A DNA stretch of 62,327 nucleotides, filler included. It is 20 parts of 20 records of this genome, joined end to end, with 100 filler letters (N's around TTAATTAATTAA, not from the genome) between each part and the next. Parts side by side here need not be neighbours in the genome. Positions count along the whole stretch, not along the records: positions 9,253 to 11,283 come from SRR36015646_34660; positions 11,384 to 13,725 come from SRR36015646_34774; positions 13,826 to 16,750 come from SRR36015646_35702; positions 16,851 to 19,140 come from SRR36015646_36114; positions 19,241 to 23,016 come from SRR36015646_36243; 15 more parts are not named here. One strand, written 5' to 3'. The notes below the pieces were generated by a model. The model was not told where the DNA came from. It was given only the letters and a program-made list of their open reading frames with translations, and made no database searches. This document shows positions 9,253 through 20,665 of the stretch, piece by piece (within the stretch, counting starts at the first letter, position 1; each line of letters begins with the position of its first letter). The translations under genes and the position numbers were made by a program.

Positions 9253-11281
9253 TTGGGTCGATTATTTCTTTTGTCGTCTTCTGTTGCATTAAGATGGACT
9301 TAGGTTTGTAACTAGGGTCAGAATGTATAGAAGTGTAAAAACTCTTACAAAGGTGTACATCGTCTTCTGCGTCTTGACCTGCTGCTAAAATGCCCCAACC
9401 TAATGTAGTTCTCACGCCCCAAGGATCTTCTTCTCCTCCTGTAATAATTTCCTTTGGTTTTACTGCACGTGGACAATTGCGTCCTAGGAGTAGTCCAATA
9501 TCAGCTTCTTCGACTATAGATGGTATTTCAGAAGCAATGTTGCGAAGATGTGCCCAATTGGTGGCACGCTCTGATGTTGGAATCTGATTTTTGTTTGCCG
9601 GAATATTGTCACGTGAGTAACATTTTGGTAACAATATTTCATCATTCTGACTGTAGTTTTTTAATACAATCCCTGTAATGATATCTGTGTTAATGTAAGT
9701 TGATCCTTGCATGGTGTTTAACTTTAGTTTCGTTGTGGTACCTTGCAGATTTAACCTTTCTTTAAGTTCTTCTTTAATAAAGCAAGTGTCACTCTCTGGA
9801 TCCAACAACGCATATGTGACGACTTTTTTGTTGGGATCACTTTCGTGATGTACCCACACTGGAACAATATGTGACATGTTGTGAGCGAACGGCTTCAATA
9901 GATCGCTTTCACATTTCATTGAGACAGCTTGTGACCTGTTAATGTTGTCTTCGTCAGCTGCTCTAGAATTATTGCGTGCATCATCATGCAATGAAGATGG
10001 GTGTCTTCCACCACACATTTCACATTGAAGACGCCTTTTGCATGCATTAGATCTATGTCCTTTCAAAAGACATCCGAAACAAAGACGATTTACCATGACA
10101 AAATGTGTTTTGTCTTCACTGCTCATTTTTTTAAATGTGTAACAGTTATTTATCGTGTGATGTTGTTTGTTGCAGAAAAAACATTCTGCATCTTCTTGCT
10201 TGGAACTACTATGTGACTTACTTTGGTTTGCTGCATTTGATGTGATGAACGAATTATGAGTATTGCCACGCTGATTTAGTGACTTTTGAAATTTTCTTTT
10301 ATCTGGTGCCGTGGAATCAGGATCCATTTCTTCTAACGCACTGCAAGAAAACACTGGATTTGTAGCTTCTTTAGCCTGTCTTTCCGTGAATTTTCTGAAA
10401 TCTTCAAAGTCAGGAATTCCTCTCCCTTCATCCAGGCATCCTTGTACTTTACTGCACCACTTTGCAGCAATCCTTGTTGGCAATTTGGAGACTGCTATTT
10501 GCAAAACACTTTCATCATCTAATTTGTGTAAACAGCCCATGGACTTCATAGAATCCTCGCAAACTTTAAGGAAGTCAGCATATGTTCTTATTGCTTTGCC
10601 ATCTCTTTGATTTACCTTGTCCCATTGTTTGAGCTGCTTGATATAGGCTTGTGACACCAAGAAATTGCTTCCAAAGCGTTCGGTGAGTATTTCCATCGCT
10701 TCTTGGAATGCATTTCTTGCATTACTTGTAATAAGCCCTTTAATAGCTTTCTTAGCTTCTCCAGTTGTGTATTTTCCCAAGTAATATAGCCGATCCTCAC
10801 TGGAGTTAACACGTGATTCTATCAGTGCCCTGAAAGATGCAAGCCAGTCAGGGAAATCCAAAACGTTTCCGCTGAACACGTCCGGAGTTTGAGAAGGCAA
10901 GTACATACGTTTGTTTTGTTCGGCCAATGATTGCACCAAATCAATTATGTATGTTTCATGATTAGAAGGCGATTGTACATACCGCATGTCTGATGCAAGC
11001 TCACTAGTAGGATGACACTGCCTAACATCCGATGACACACGATGTACGTCTGAATGATACTGCCTAACCTCCGATGGAGCACGATAAACTTTTGTATGAG
11101 ATTGATTAACCTCCGATGGCACACGATGAATATCTGATACTGTACCTGATGCATGCATTTCTTTCTCCATTTCGTCAATAATGTTACATTTGGCTTTAGC
11201 AATGGCTAATTCTGTTTGCAGCTCTATGTTATCTTCCTCTAATTTTGAAGTTAGGTCTTCTTTTTCACGACGTTGCTTTTC
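9253..11281 (-). CDS. BEL/Pao Gag-protease region, truncated at both ends
   Basis: FSGNVLDFPDW..F (DUF1759-like capsid); three BEL-type Cys-His motifs (CFFCNKQHH..C, LCFGCLLKGH...C, CEMCGGRHPSSLH); ALLDPESDTCF protease; GLLLG.N. Confidence 0.92.
10975..11135 (-). repeat. About 42-nt (14-aa) in-frame degenerate repeat in BEL gag
   Basis: HRVPSEVNQSHTKV / YRAPSEVRQYHSDV / HRVSSDVRQCHPTS. Confidence 0.7.
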
Positions 11282-11383
11282 TTNNNNNNNNNNNNNNNNN
11301 NNNNNNNNNNNNNNNNNNNNNNNNNNNTTAATTAATTAANNNNNNNNNNNNNNNNNNNNNNNNNNNNNNNNNNNNNNNNNNNN

Positions 11384-13725
11384 TCCACAACCCGAGCAAG
11401 TCGCCAGCTGTTGGTGTGACAATCAAGAACAAATGAATGATTCATCTTGTTGGAAACCATTTCTTCTAAGATACAAGTGTTGCAGACAATCTCATCGAAG
11501 GAATCTGATGTGAAGGTTTTCATGCCAACAACACCCCATCCAAGAGCTGTGCGAATGGCATACGGATCATTGGCACGTCCTGGAATCACTTCTCTGGGCT
11601 TAGTGGCACGTACGCAATTATTACCTATTAGAATTCCAACTTCGACATTGTCATTACGTGGTAAAATCTTATGAGATATCGAGCGAAGATGCTGATACTT
11701 GTTGACATCTTCCGGATTTGGTATCTGACTCCGTCTGACTGGAATCCAGTTGCGTGAATACGTGGCAGGAAGTTGGATGCTTGTGCTATCATCTATCCTG
11801 GAGACCATCATTCCTGTTATCTTCTCTGATTGAATCTCTTGTTTAGCAAGCATGGTTCCCAATTCTAGCGTTACGTTGGGTCCTGCTAAACCTAAAGACT
11901 CACAAACACTGTTAGAGACAAAACAGGAGTCACTTTGATCGTCTAAAACTGCGTAAACTTGTATGCGATTATTAGGACGGTCCTTGTGATACAACATTAC
12001 TGGAAGTATCAAAGAAGTTGTTCCACAGAAACTCGTGTAATTTGCATGACATACGCTCATGCAATAATTGCTATTAATGTCAACAGACTTTTGGTGCGAA
12101 CCTCCAGAATTAGACAATGGTTTAGATTTTGAGTTAGGCAATTGCGTCAAATCTTTACTTAAAGAATCATCGTGCAATATGGTTGCATGTGACTTGCCGC
12201 ATATATCACAGAAACACTTTCGTGTACATTGTCGAACTCCATGGTAGGGGATAAGGCACGAAAAGCACAGGTTCTTTGACTTTACAAACTCTTTTCTGTC
12301 AGATACTGCCACATTTTGGAACTGCTCACAAGCTGAAAGTTTGTGTTGTTTATTACAATACTGACACTGTGAGGTATAGGTAGTTTTATTCTTCTTCTTA
12401 TCGTCTGATTTATCAACACTTGTTGTAGCAAAGCTTGTAGTATGGGTTCTTTCATACTTTATATCTCTCTTATCCCTATCTCTCCTGATTTCATGCACTT
12501 GTTGCGTCTGCTTGGAGTCATTTATAATTTGCTTTCTTCGGAGTGACAAGGCTTCGTGGGAGTACACAGGGTGGGTTGCGTCAGAAGATGCCCATTGTAC
12601 ATAAGATATGAAATCATCAAAGGTGTATCTACCTGTTTCTCGTTCAACCCTTTGTGCTTGCTCACGCCATTTTGCTGCATAGTGAACTGGGATTCTGGCA
12701 GCCAAATCCTGAATCACGGAGTGGGTGTCGAAATCTTTAAGATAATGCACCGTCTTCATGGTCTCCTGGATCATCCCTAAAAAATCTGCGAATTCCAGCA
12801 ACTCTTTACTTGTGTTACACACAGGCCATGACTGAAGCTTGAATTTATAGGCTTGATAGATTTGGAAAGGGTTGCCATATCTCTCCTCTAACACTTGGCG
12901 TGCTCGGTGGTATGCATCACTTGTTTGTAAACCAAGTAATCCTTTTACGGATTTTAATGCTTGTCCATCCAGATACTCTCCTAGATAAAACAGTTTATGA
13001 GCATCATTTACGCTAGGGTCATGAATAAGAGAATCGAAGGCATTCAGCCATCTTGGAAATTCCAAAATGTCTCCAGAGAAAACGGGTGGCTTAGGCATAG
13101 GCAATTTCATGTAGTTCATCATATGTAATTGTTGCCTTTGTAAATTTAGACTATCACGTTGCCACTGAAATAAATCCGAGCTCGGGGCCTCCTGATAGTT
13201 AGCGTGGCAAGGGTTAGAACTTGTCGGACCAGTTTCTGCACGTATATTTCTGTGCTGAAATGATGAGGCTCTTGCATTCATATTTGGCATGGATTTACTT
13301 GGACAGGCAGGCTCGTGACTAGATGTAGCTTCTATGCCTTGCTCATTGAAAAGAGAATCGAGAACAACATAGTTTGAGGAGGGATTGCTACGTTGAGGCA
13401 GCGCATTTTCGGAGTCTTGATATTGTTGATTTACTGTATGACTATCAGCAAAACAGGGATGTTCAGTATTATTAGCTTGCGTATCAATTCTGACGGAATG
13501 TGTAGGATCATTCTCCAAAACGGCTAGGCGTGCATTGTTTGCATTTATTTCGCCTCTGACAGAATGTATAGACTCATTTTCCAAAACAGCTAAGCGTGCA
13601 TTGCTTGCATTTACTCCGACTCTGATAGAATGTATAGACTCATTCTCCATAACAGCTAAGCGTGCGTTGTCTGCATTTATTTCACCTTCAATAGTTTCAA
13701 GTTCTAACTGTTCTGCAAGCGCGTC
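11384..13725 (-). CDS. BEL/Pao Gag-protease region (second family), truncated at both ends
   Basis: FSGDILEFPRW; CQYC..HKL..C, LCFSCL..H...C, CDICGKSHATILH; AVLDDQSDSCF; GILIGNN; RTALGW. Confidence 0.92.
13485..13685 (-). repeat. Three 66-nt (22-aa) in-frame repeats in BEL gag
   Basis: NARLAV(M/L)EN(E/D)..HS(I/V)R repeated three times. Confidence 0.85.
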
Positions 13726-13972
13726 NNNNNNNNNNNNNNNNNNNNNNNNNNNNNNNNNNNNNNNNNNNNTTAATTAATTAANNNNNNNNNNNNNNNNNNN
13801 NNNNNNNNNNNNNNNNNNNNNNNNNGCTACGTTTTACCTTCGTTTTTTAACTTACATTAATTTAGTAAACGTTTGGTCCTATCATAGTGACCCAAATAGT
13901 GTATTCCTTTTAAAGACATAAAAGTGGTAAATACTAGTTTCAAGTGAGTGTTGGTTTTGTAGTGAGTTTATA

Positions 13973-16750
13973 ATGATAAAGTGCGTCTTAGTTATTTGTT
14001 TGTTTGTCCTTCCCATGCTATGGAAGCTACAAGATTGTGAAGCGAACCACATAGAAGTTTGGAAATGCGTAAGTCAGTGTCACTTTCAGTGTCACAAGAA
14101 GAAAATTCTGCAACGACGATGGCACGTTAGACACAAAACAAGACATCTTATTGTGCTTTTACTAATATGTGGTGGCATAGAACGAAACCCAGGCCCAGAT
14201 ATGAAATATTATTTCAAACTAGTTAATTTGCATAAAAAATGGTATTCGTATCACTTACATATGCAATTTTTATATATATGTGCACAACTGAAAGTAATTC
14301 CAAAAGGCTTTCAAATAACAAAGAATCAAAGCATGGGGCATGAAGACATTTATTATTCATATAGTTGGAAAAAGGTGATGGAAGACGCCTCAACGAAACA
14401 TATGGATATTACATATCAGTATTGTGTAAGTAAATGTCGTGACATAACACAAAGCATCTCAGAGATTGTTTCATATCTTTCAATAAGCCCTAACCTAGGC
14501 ATACCAAAGCTTTGGCAAGATAATCTAAACAACTCTTTGTGTAAACATTCACAGGCAATTCTTGCCAGGAAGACCAAGAAACTATATCAGTATTTGGCAA
14601 ATGATAATCAAAGTCTAAATAATTACTCTGCATGTGAACCAAGTCTTGACAATGTGTATACTAACAGTAAGGAAGCCAATGAAACTGAGTCAATACATAG
14701 TTTCACTAAAAACACCCTTGTTGACATTAACCAAGATAATGTGCATTATAACAACAAGGAAGCCAATGCAACTGAGACAGTACATAGTTTTACTAAAGAC
14801 ACCCTTGTTGGCATTAACCAAGGCAATGTGCATACGAACAATAAGGATGCTAATGCAACTGAGACAATACATAGTTTTACTAAAGACACCCTTGTTAGCA
14901 TTAACCAAGACAATGTGCACACTAACAATAAGGATGCCAATGCAACTGAGACAATACGTAGTTTTACTAAAGACACCCTTGTTGATATTAACCAAGACAC
15001 ACAGGCAGAAATGTTATCAAACGACCACAAAAGTATTTTGAAAATTGTCGGTGATGGCAATTGCCTTTTTAGAGCTTTAAGTATGGCCAGATATAACACG
15101 CAGAATCACCATCAACAGATACGTTCTGAGTTATGTAGTTTTATTAGGAATAATGCTTCTTCTCTCCGGCCTCTCCTCGGTTGGACCGAACAGAACGTAA
15201 ATATGCACGTTACTGTAATGGAGAGGTTAGGTACATATGGAACCGAAGTAGAATTAAAAGCTGCAGCAACTTTATATGACTGCAAAATTTCTATACACCG
15301 TAGATATAACTATGGCTATGACTGGATGATATACGAACCACTCTTCCGGGAGGACCCGACAAAAGAGATTAACACCATACAGTTACGTCATAAAGCCAAC
15401 CCCGAACACTTTGACTTCATTGTTGAGTCATGGCAAATATGTGACTTTGTTCCGTATGGTCCTGATAAGTGTGAGTCTGATAATGCTAGTGTCTACAATT
15501 GGCATCAAGTGCCATCAAGAAAGCGGGACAGCACATCAGCATGCAATGTGAATGCTCAGGTCAATGTACATGTGCCATTACACCGAAACTACTTTGAAGT
15601 ACTAGACACAGAGGATGACCCAATTATTGATAATGATGCAAACAGTAATAATGACGTACATGTAACATATGTTAGTCAAGATAACATATTTGAAAATCCA
15701 TGTATTGTAAACAAACACAGACGTAGGAGATACCATAAAATTGATGAAAAGACGAGAAGGAAGCAACAGAGAGAAAGAAAAAGAATGAAAGAAAGAGAAA
15801 TGAACAGTGAATTAGAACGAGAGAAAAAGGAAGTTGTAAACCTGTCATCAATCGAATTGTCACCAGATGAACTGTCCGTGCTTCGCAAAGGCCTCAAATT
15901 TTGCCCTATGCCTAAGAGCATTGACGAGGCATCGTTTCAGCAAGACAAAAACGAATTTTATCGTTATTTACGTTTGAAAGAATACTGGTATAAACCAAAA
16001 GAAGATAATCCAGATTGTCACAATGATAACAAGGAGTATGAACCATTAGACGGACCTTTTCGAAAAGAAAAAACCTATTGGTCACCTAATCCCGGCAGAG
16101 ATTTAACTCTAGAATTATTCATACAAAATATTAACAACGATATTCAAAATTCCAAGAAAAAGTTTGTGCAGGATAACCTAACTAAATCTGAACGAAAAGC
16201 TCTATATTCTCTACAAAATCAAAGTAATAAAGGTATCATTATTAAGAGAGCGGATAAGGGTGGGGCCATAGTTGTTATGGATAGAGATAAATATGTAAAT
16301 GAATGTTTGTCCCAACTTAATAATTCAAAGTACTATGAAAAACTAGTTAACGATCCAACCAAGGAATATCAAGATAAAGTAAAAAATACAGTAACAGATT
16401 ATTTCAATAATGGTGATATTCCTTCAAATATTTACCCATACCTTACTCAATCCAACCCGTCCCCTGGCCGTTTTTACATTCTGCCAAAAATTCACAAGAA
16501 AAATAATCCAGGACGTCCAATAGTAGCTGGGAATGGTACAGTTACTGAACATATCTCAAAATATGTAGACTACATTCTACAACCAATCGTCAAATCTTTG
16601 AAATCTTATGTTAAAGATACAAATGACTTTATACAGAAAATCCAGGATATAAACAAACATTTCAATTCTTCCCTCAAAGATAATCAAATTTTCTTTGGAA
16701 CAGCAGATGTTGTTGGTCTTTATACCAATATTCCTCAGAAAGAAGGAATA
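13973..16750 (+). CDS. PLE polyprotein: signal-peptide-like leader, 2A-like motif, PLE N-terminal region, tandem repeats, OTU-like cysteine protease, reverse transcriptase (3'-truncated)
   Basis: Hydrophobic N-terminus; LLLICGGIERNPGP; FLYIC..KVIPKGF; GDGNCLFRALS...YGTEVEL.AAA...HFD; VVNLS..LS..E.SVLRKGLKFCP, DNLTKSERKAL, KRADKGGAIVVM, LPKIHK..PGRPIV, DVVGLYTNIP. Confidence 0.9.
14141..14197 (+). other. 2A-like (StopGo) peptide RHLIVLLLICGGIERNPG/P
   Basis: Hydrophobic helix followed by G-G-I-E-x-N-P-G-P. The canonical motif is D(V/I)ExNPGP; here D is replaced by G. Confidence 0.7.
14648..14995 (+). repeat. Four tandem 87-nt (29-aa) in-frame repeats
   Basis: Units start at 14648, 14735, 14822 and 14909; consensus DNVHTNNKEANATETIHSFTKDTLVDINQ. 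Confidence 0.95.
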
Positions 16751-16850
16751 NNNNNNNNNNNNNNNNNNNNNNNNNNNNNNNNNNNNNNNNNNNNTTAATT
16801 AATTAANNNNNNNNNNNNNNNNNNNNNNNNNNNNNNNNNNNNNNNNNNNN

Positions 16851-19138
16851 TCACTCGATTCATCACGCTCAGATTCATAACTAGACTCATCACTCGATTC
16901 ATCACTTGACCATGCTAGGCCTACTTGGCAATCAGATGGTGCTTCCTTTAAGTCCTTATCTTCTCTCTCCCCATAGGGCTTTGTGTCAGGTTGGCGTTTA
17001 CATGCCAGCCACCACCGTTTTATTGCTGCTTCCGGGTTGTACTCCTCAACAGGAATCTTCGCCACAGTTATCCGTATTAAGTCATTTAGTGATTTAGGTT
17101 TCAGTCTAGCTCGCCAATCTGACTTAATTCGTTTCATGACACTGAAGCCTCTTTCGCATTCCGCGGTATGTACTGGCAAGAGTAGCACACACTTCAACAC
17201 AAGTTGAAAATTTGGGTATCGATCGGTTTGTTGCAAGACTCTCTGCCATATTGACAAGAATGACATAGTGGGGTCTTGTTCAGTCAGCGTTTTCACGTAC
17301 ACTTTGGCATCCAGCCATTCATTCTGGACTTCATCAATTTGACAACCCTTCCTTAACAGAAGCGCCTCGAAATGCTCGACTAATTTCTGCACATTGTCAT
17401 TACCGTAGTTTCTCAACATCTTCTTATCTTGCGGCCAATTGTTTACATCAAACACTGCAGTGTTTGATAGAAAGCAGTCGGCATCCGTGAACGAACGAAA
17501 TCTATCATGAATATGAACTTGAAATTTTTCAAGTAATGCAATTCTATCGCTTGTGAATTGGATGTCCGCCCGCTTGTCTTTGCTTAGGACATGTTCAAAA
17601 TAAACACTTCCCTCCTGCGTAGCTTCAACCGTGCGATCAAATAACTTTTCATTTACTCCAGGCTGCTGCAATAAGTCATCGATAATGTCGGCAGTGACTA
17701 CTACCTTCCGACGAACAGTTTCCGTTGTGCTGTTATTGTTCTGTAGTTCACTAGACAGTGAGGCTAGTACACTGAACACGTCCTTTAGGAAGTACAAAAA
17801 CTTCAACATACGATACGATAGCATCAGTTTCTTCAATCCTGTAGCCTTGGCTTTGGCATCTGCGGATTGTCCGCCTACCGCGACTTCACTAAGGTGAACA
17901 GCAATAGCTGGTGCATTACGCAAAACCGATTTCACAGCTCTCTCATGATGACCTATCCAGCGTGTTCCAACGACTTTCGTAGGTTTCAAAACAGTTATGC
18001 CACTTGCTTCACCAGCTCGTTGCAAGCCGCTCCAGTTTAATGGTGAAGTGTGATAAAAGCGATATAATCCACATAACAGCTCTTTGACTGAGCCCATGAA
18101 GGCAATCTTCTTTGACGCGTCTTTGATTGCTAATTCCAACCTGTGCGCGGAGCAATGCATTTCTTGCAAATGTGGTACATCCCTCTTTATAACTGCAGCA
18201 ACGCCATTTTTATGGCCAAGCATGACTGCAGCACCATCTGATCCAAATGCGACAATATTATCTTTCCATTGCTGCTCATCCATGCCTCCATCCGTTTCGA
18301 GACCACGCTTTATGGCAGTCAATACACCTTGTGCATTGGCTTTCCCGTCCACACTCTGTAATGATAAATACTTTGTCACAGGCAAAAAGTTCTCTATTAT
18401 CCGAACATAGAGTATTTCTTCCTCCATTGTCGATTTATCTGTGGATCCATCGCACATCAGTGAAAACAACTCTGACTCTTTTATTTGTTGCTGCAAACCG
18501 TACGTCAGTTCGTCTGCAATATGTTGGACAAAGACTCGTGCTTGCTTGTCACTGTAGTAACTGTCACCACATTTTACGTTATTTTTACGTTGCAGGCGTA
18601 GTAAGTCGGGAAAGTCGCTGAATGGACGTGCCTTCAGTGCCACGTAAAATGCAGTGTTGAAAATGCATTTCATCTGGTCAATCCGTGCTTTTGACATGTT
18701 CAGAATTCCTTCCTCAACCTCGCCGGCTTGACCTGCAGCTTTTCTTTGTTCATAAGCATGTACATTTTGGCATTTTATGTGGACTTCGGACTGCTCATGT
18801 GCTCTAACAGTGTCTATCCTAAAGCTTGTTGACCCAGTTACAAAAGTGTTTGTTGCATCACTGTGCACTTTCCGGTATTTAATACAGTAGCTGCAGGTCA
18901 TAACATTACGTTCATATTTAAGCCATGGACGTCCAAGATGCCATGACGACAGAAATTTTCTGTCCCGTGGCTTTTTGTTTGACAGGCCTACTACACCATC
19001 ATGACCATGCTCACGCACTGGTGCACTGGAGTTGGGCACAACAACAATTTCATTTTCGGTGTCATTCGTTGCTGCCGTTGGCGGTTTACATTGTTTATCG
19101 GCCAGTCCTTGTTCATTTTCATCCCGGTCTCGTTTTTT
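16851..19138 (-). CDS. hAT-superfamily transposase (ZNF862-like), both ends reach the fragment edges
   Basis: W..RPWL..MTCSYC, HEQSEVH; RPFSDF; MCDGSTD; SDGAAVMLG; HCSAHRLEL; TRW; AECERGFSVMKRIKSDWR. Confidence 0.92.
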
Positions 19139-19893
19139 TTNNNNNNNNNNNNNNNNNNNNNNNNNNNNNNNNNNNNNNNNNNNNTTAATTAATTAANNNN
19201 NNNNNNNNNNNNNNNNNNNNNNNNNNNNNNNNNNNNNNNNCGATTGAGTTGACCCCGAGGCGACAAAAACACGAGCTGCACGTTTTCCCATACTTCAGAT
19301 GGGCCACGTTCTGGTATTTCCATTGCTACGTGGCAGTTTTGGTCGCTGACAATTTTTCGAGCAAATTTAACCACAGGCCAGTCACTTTTCCTGTATAAAT
19401 TCTGTGAACACAATTACTTCACGGCATCACAGATCCAAGTTCCCTGTTGTAAAAAAACTGTATGCCTGCGAACTTTATCAGCCATCCACGCATCGCTGCG
19501 CGAAGATTTCGAATTGTTTGCCGGACACATTTCTCCCTTCAGGTCGCGTTTTTTAGGTACAATCAATGATAACTGGCTCTTCAATGTTTTCTTCTGAAGA
19601 GATGAACAATAACTTAACTACACACATCCTTGTTGGCCGTTAACTGTACATATTTACACTTCCTCAATAGGCCCCGTGCGCCTGATCCCTTCTCTGTGGA
19701 AGTACCGGTATATACGTCAGATAGGCCTATTAATTGTTCCATTAGTCTAATTGCCGGAGTCGTCGTCTGCACGTGCACTTGAATTCTTTGGTTAGAGCGA
19801 TTGTTAATTAGCGCCTGGCGCGCGTGTCTCGTATCCATGCCAACAGATCCTGCCACGCATCTGATGAGATTCTAGTGTAGACGCCATTTTGAC

Positions 19894-20295
19894 ATGAATA
19901 GCAAGCACTGCATCCAGTTCCACGCTCCCATGTCCATCTGTAAAAAGTGCGGGGCTGAAGAATCCGTGTTTGACCCGCCACACAGGTGCAGACCCAAGGA
20001 AAGAAGCAGTCACGTGGCCAAGGCCTCCGAGGCCCACGCGTCCTCGGACTCTGACCGATCTCACCGAACGCACGACCGGGACCCCCCACTGCGCTCACTG
20101 ACGCCGACGAAGGATCGAAAGAGGAAGGCCACATCTGAGCTCCCGCCTCCACCGAAGGCACCGAAGCTCAACGACGTAGGCACTCAGTGCCCTACACGCC
20201 CACCGGCAGACCTTCACACACTGAAGAGGTTACTGCACCAGACGGTCGACGAAGCCATCCGGGTTCTCGCCTGCCACCTGGAGGACCATCAATAG
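19894..20295 (+). CDS. Small hypothetical protein antisense to and 3' of BEL pol (Cys/His motif, basic NLS-like patch, DVGTQ motif, C-terminal helix)
   Basis: 133-aa ATG ORF with CKKC-x11-H-x-C, KDRKRK and NDVGTQC. No homologue recognised. Confidence 0.45.
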   Translation: MNSKHCIQFHAPMSICKKCGAEESVFDPPHRCRPKERSSHVAKASEAHASSDSDRSHRTHDRDPPLRSLTPTKDRKRKATSELPPPPKAPKLNDVGTQCPTRPPADLHTLKRLLHQTVDEAIRVLACHLEDHQ

Positions 20296-20665
20296 GTAAG
20301 CATTGCTGACTGGATTATTCTCTTTAGACCCAAGCCAACCAGGTAAGCCTCTGCCATTCCTCTGCTTATGCTGACTCCCATCCAGGTAAGTGACTCGAGA
20401 CCCGGTACTGGTGATTGACTGTTAGGGTTTAGGATCTCCAATAATGTTGTACTGCACACAATTAATGGCTGCACGGTGAGTCTTCTGTGTTTTCTGTCTT
20501 GAATATGGCGAAGGCCCAACAACTCCTCCTTGTAGAAGTGATTTATTAATTTTACAATCCACATATTTACAATAGTGACGATTAGGGTATATCATTGTCC
20601 TTGGACTATCCCCTGTTTACGTAACTCTTCCGTATGTACATTAATTAACCTCTCGAACCGGATCC

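Larger units (their letters stand above)
13826..16750 (+). mobile_element. Penelope-like retroelement 5' fragment with 2A-like and OTU modules
   Basis: PLE-type RT N-half at the end of a single long ORF. Confidence 0.87.

Noticed and set aside
13826-13972. Hammerhead ribozyme expected in PLE terminal repeats
   Set aside because: No CTGATGA...GAAA core seen here or at 2724-2785.
19241-20161. Minus-strand short ORFs / possible spliced gene downstream of BEL pol
   Set aside because: Short, mutually overlapping ORFs without recognisable domains; exon structure cannot be supported from sequence alone.
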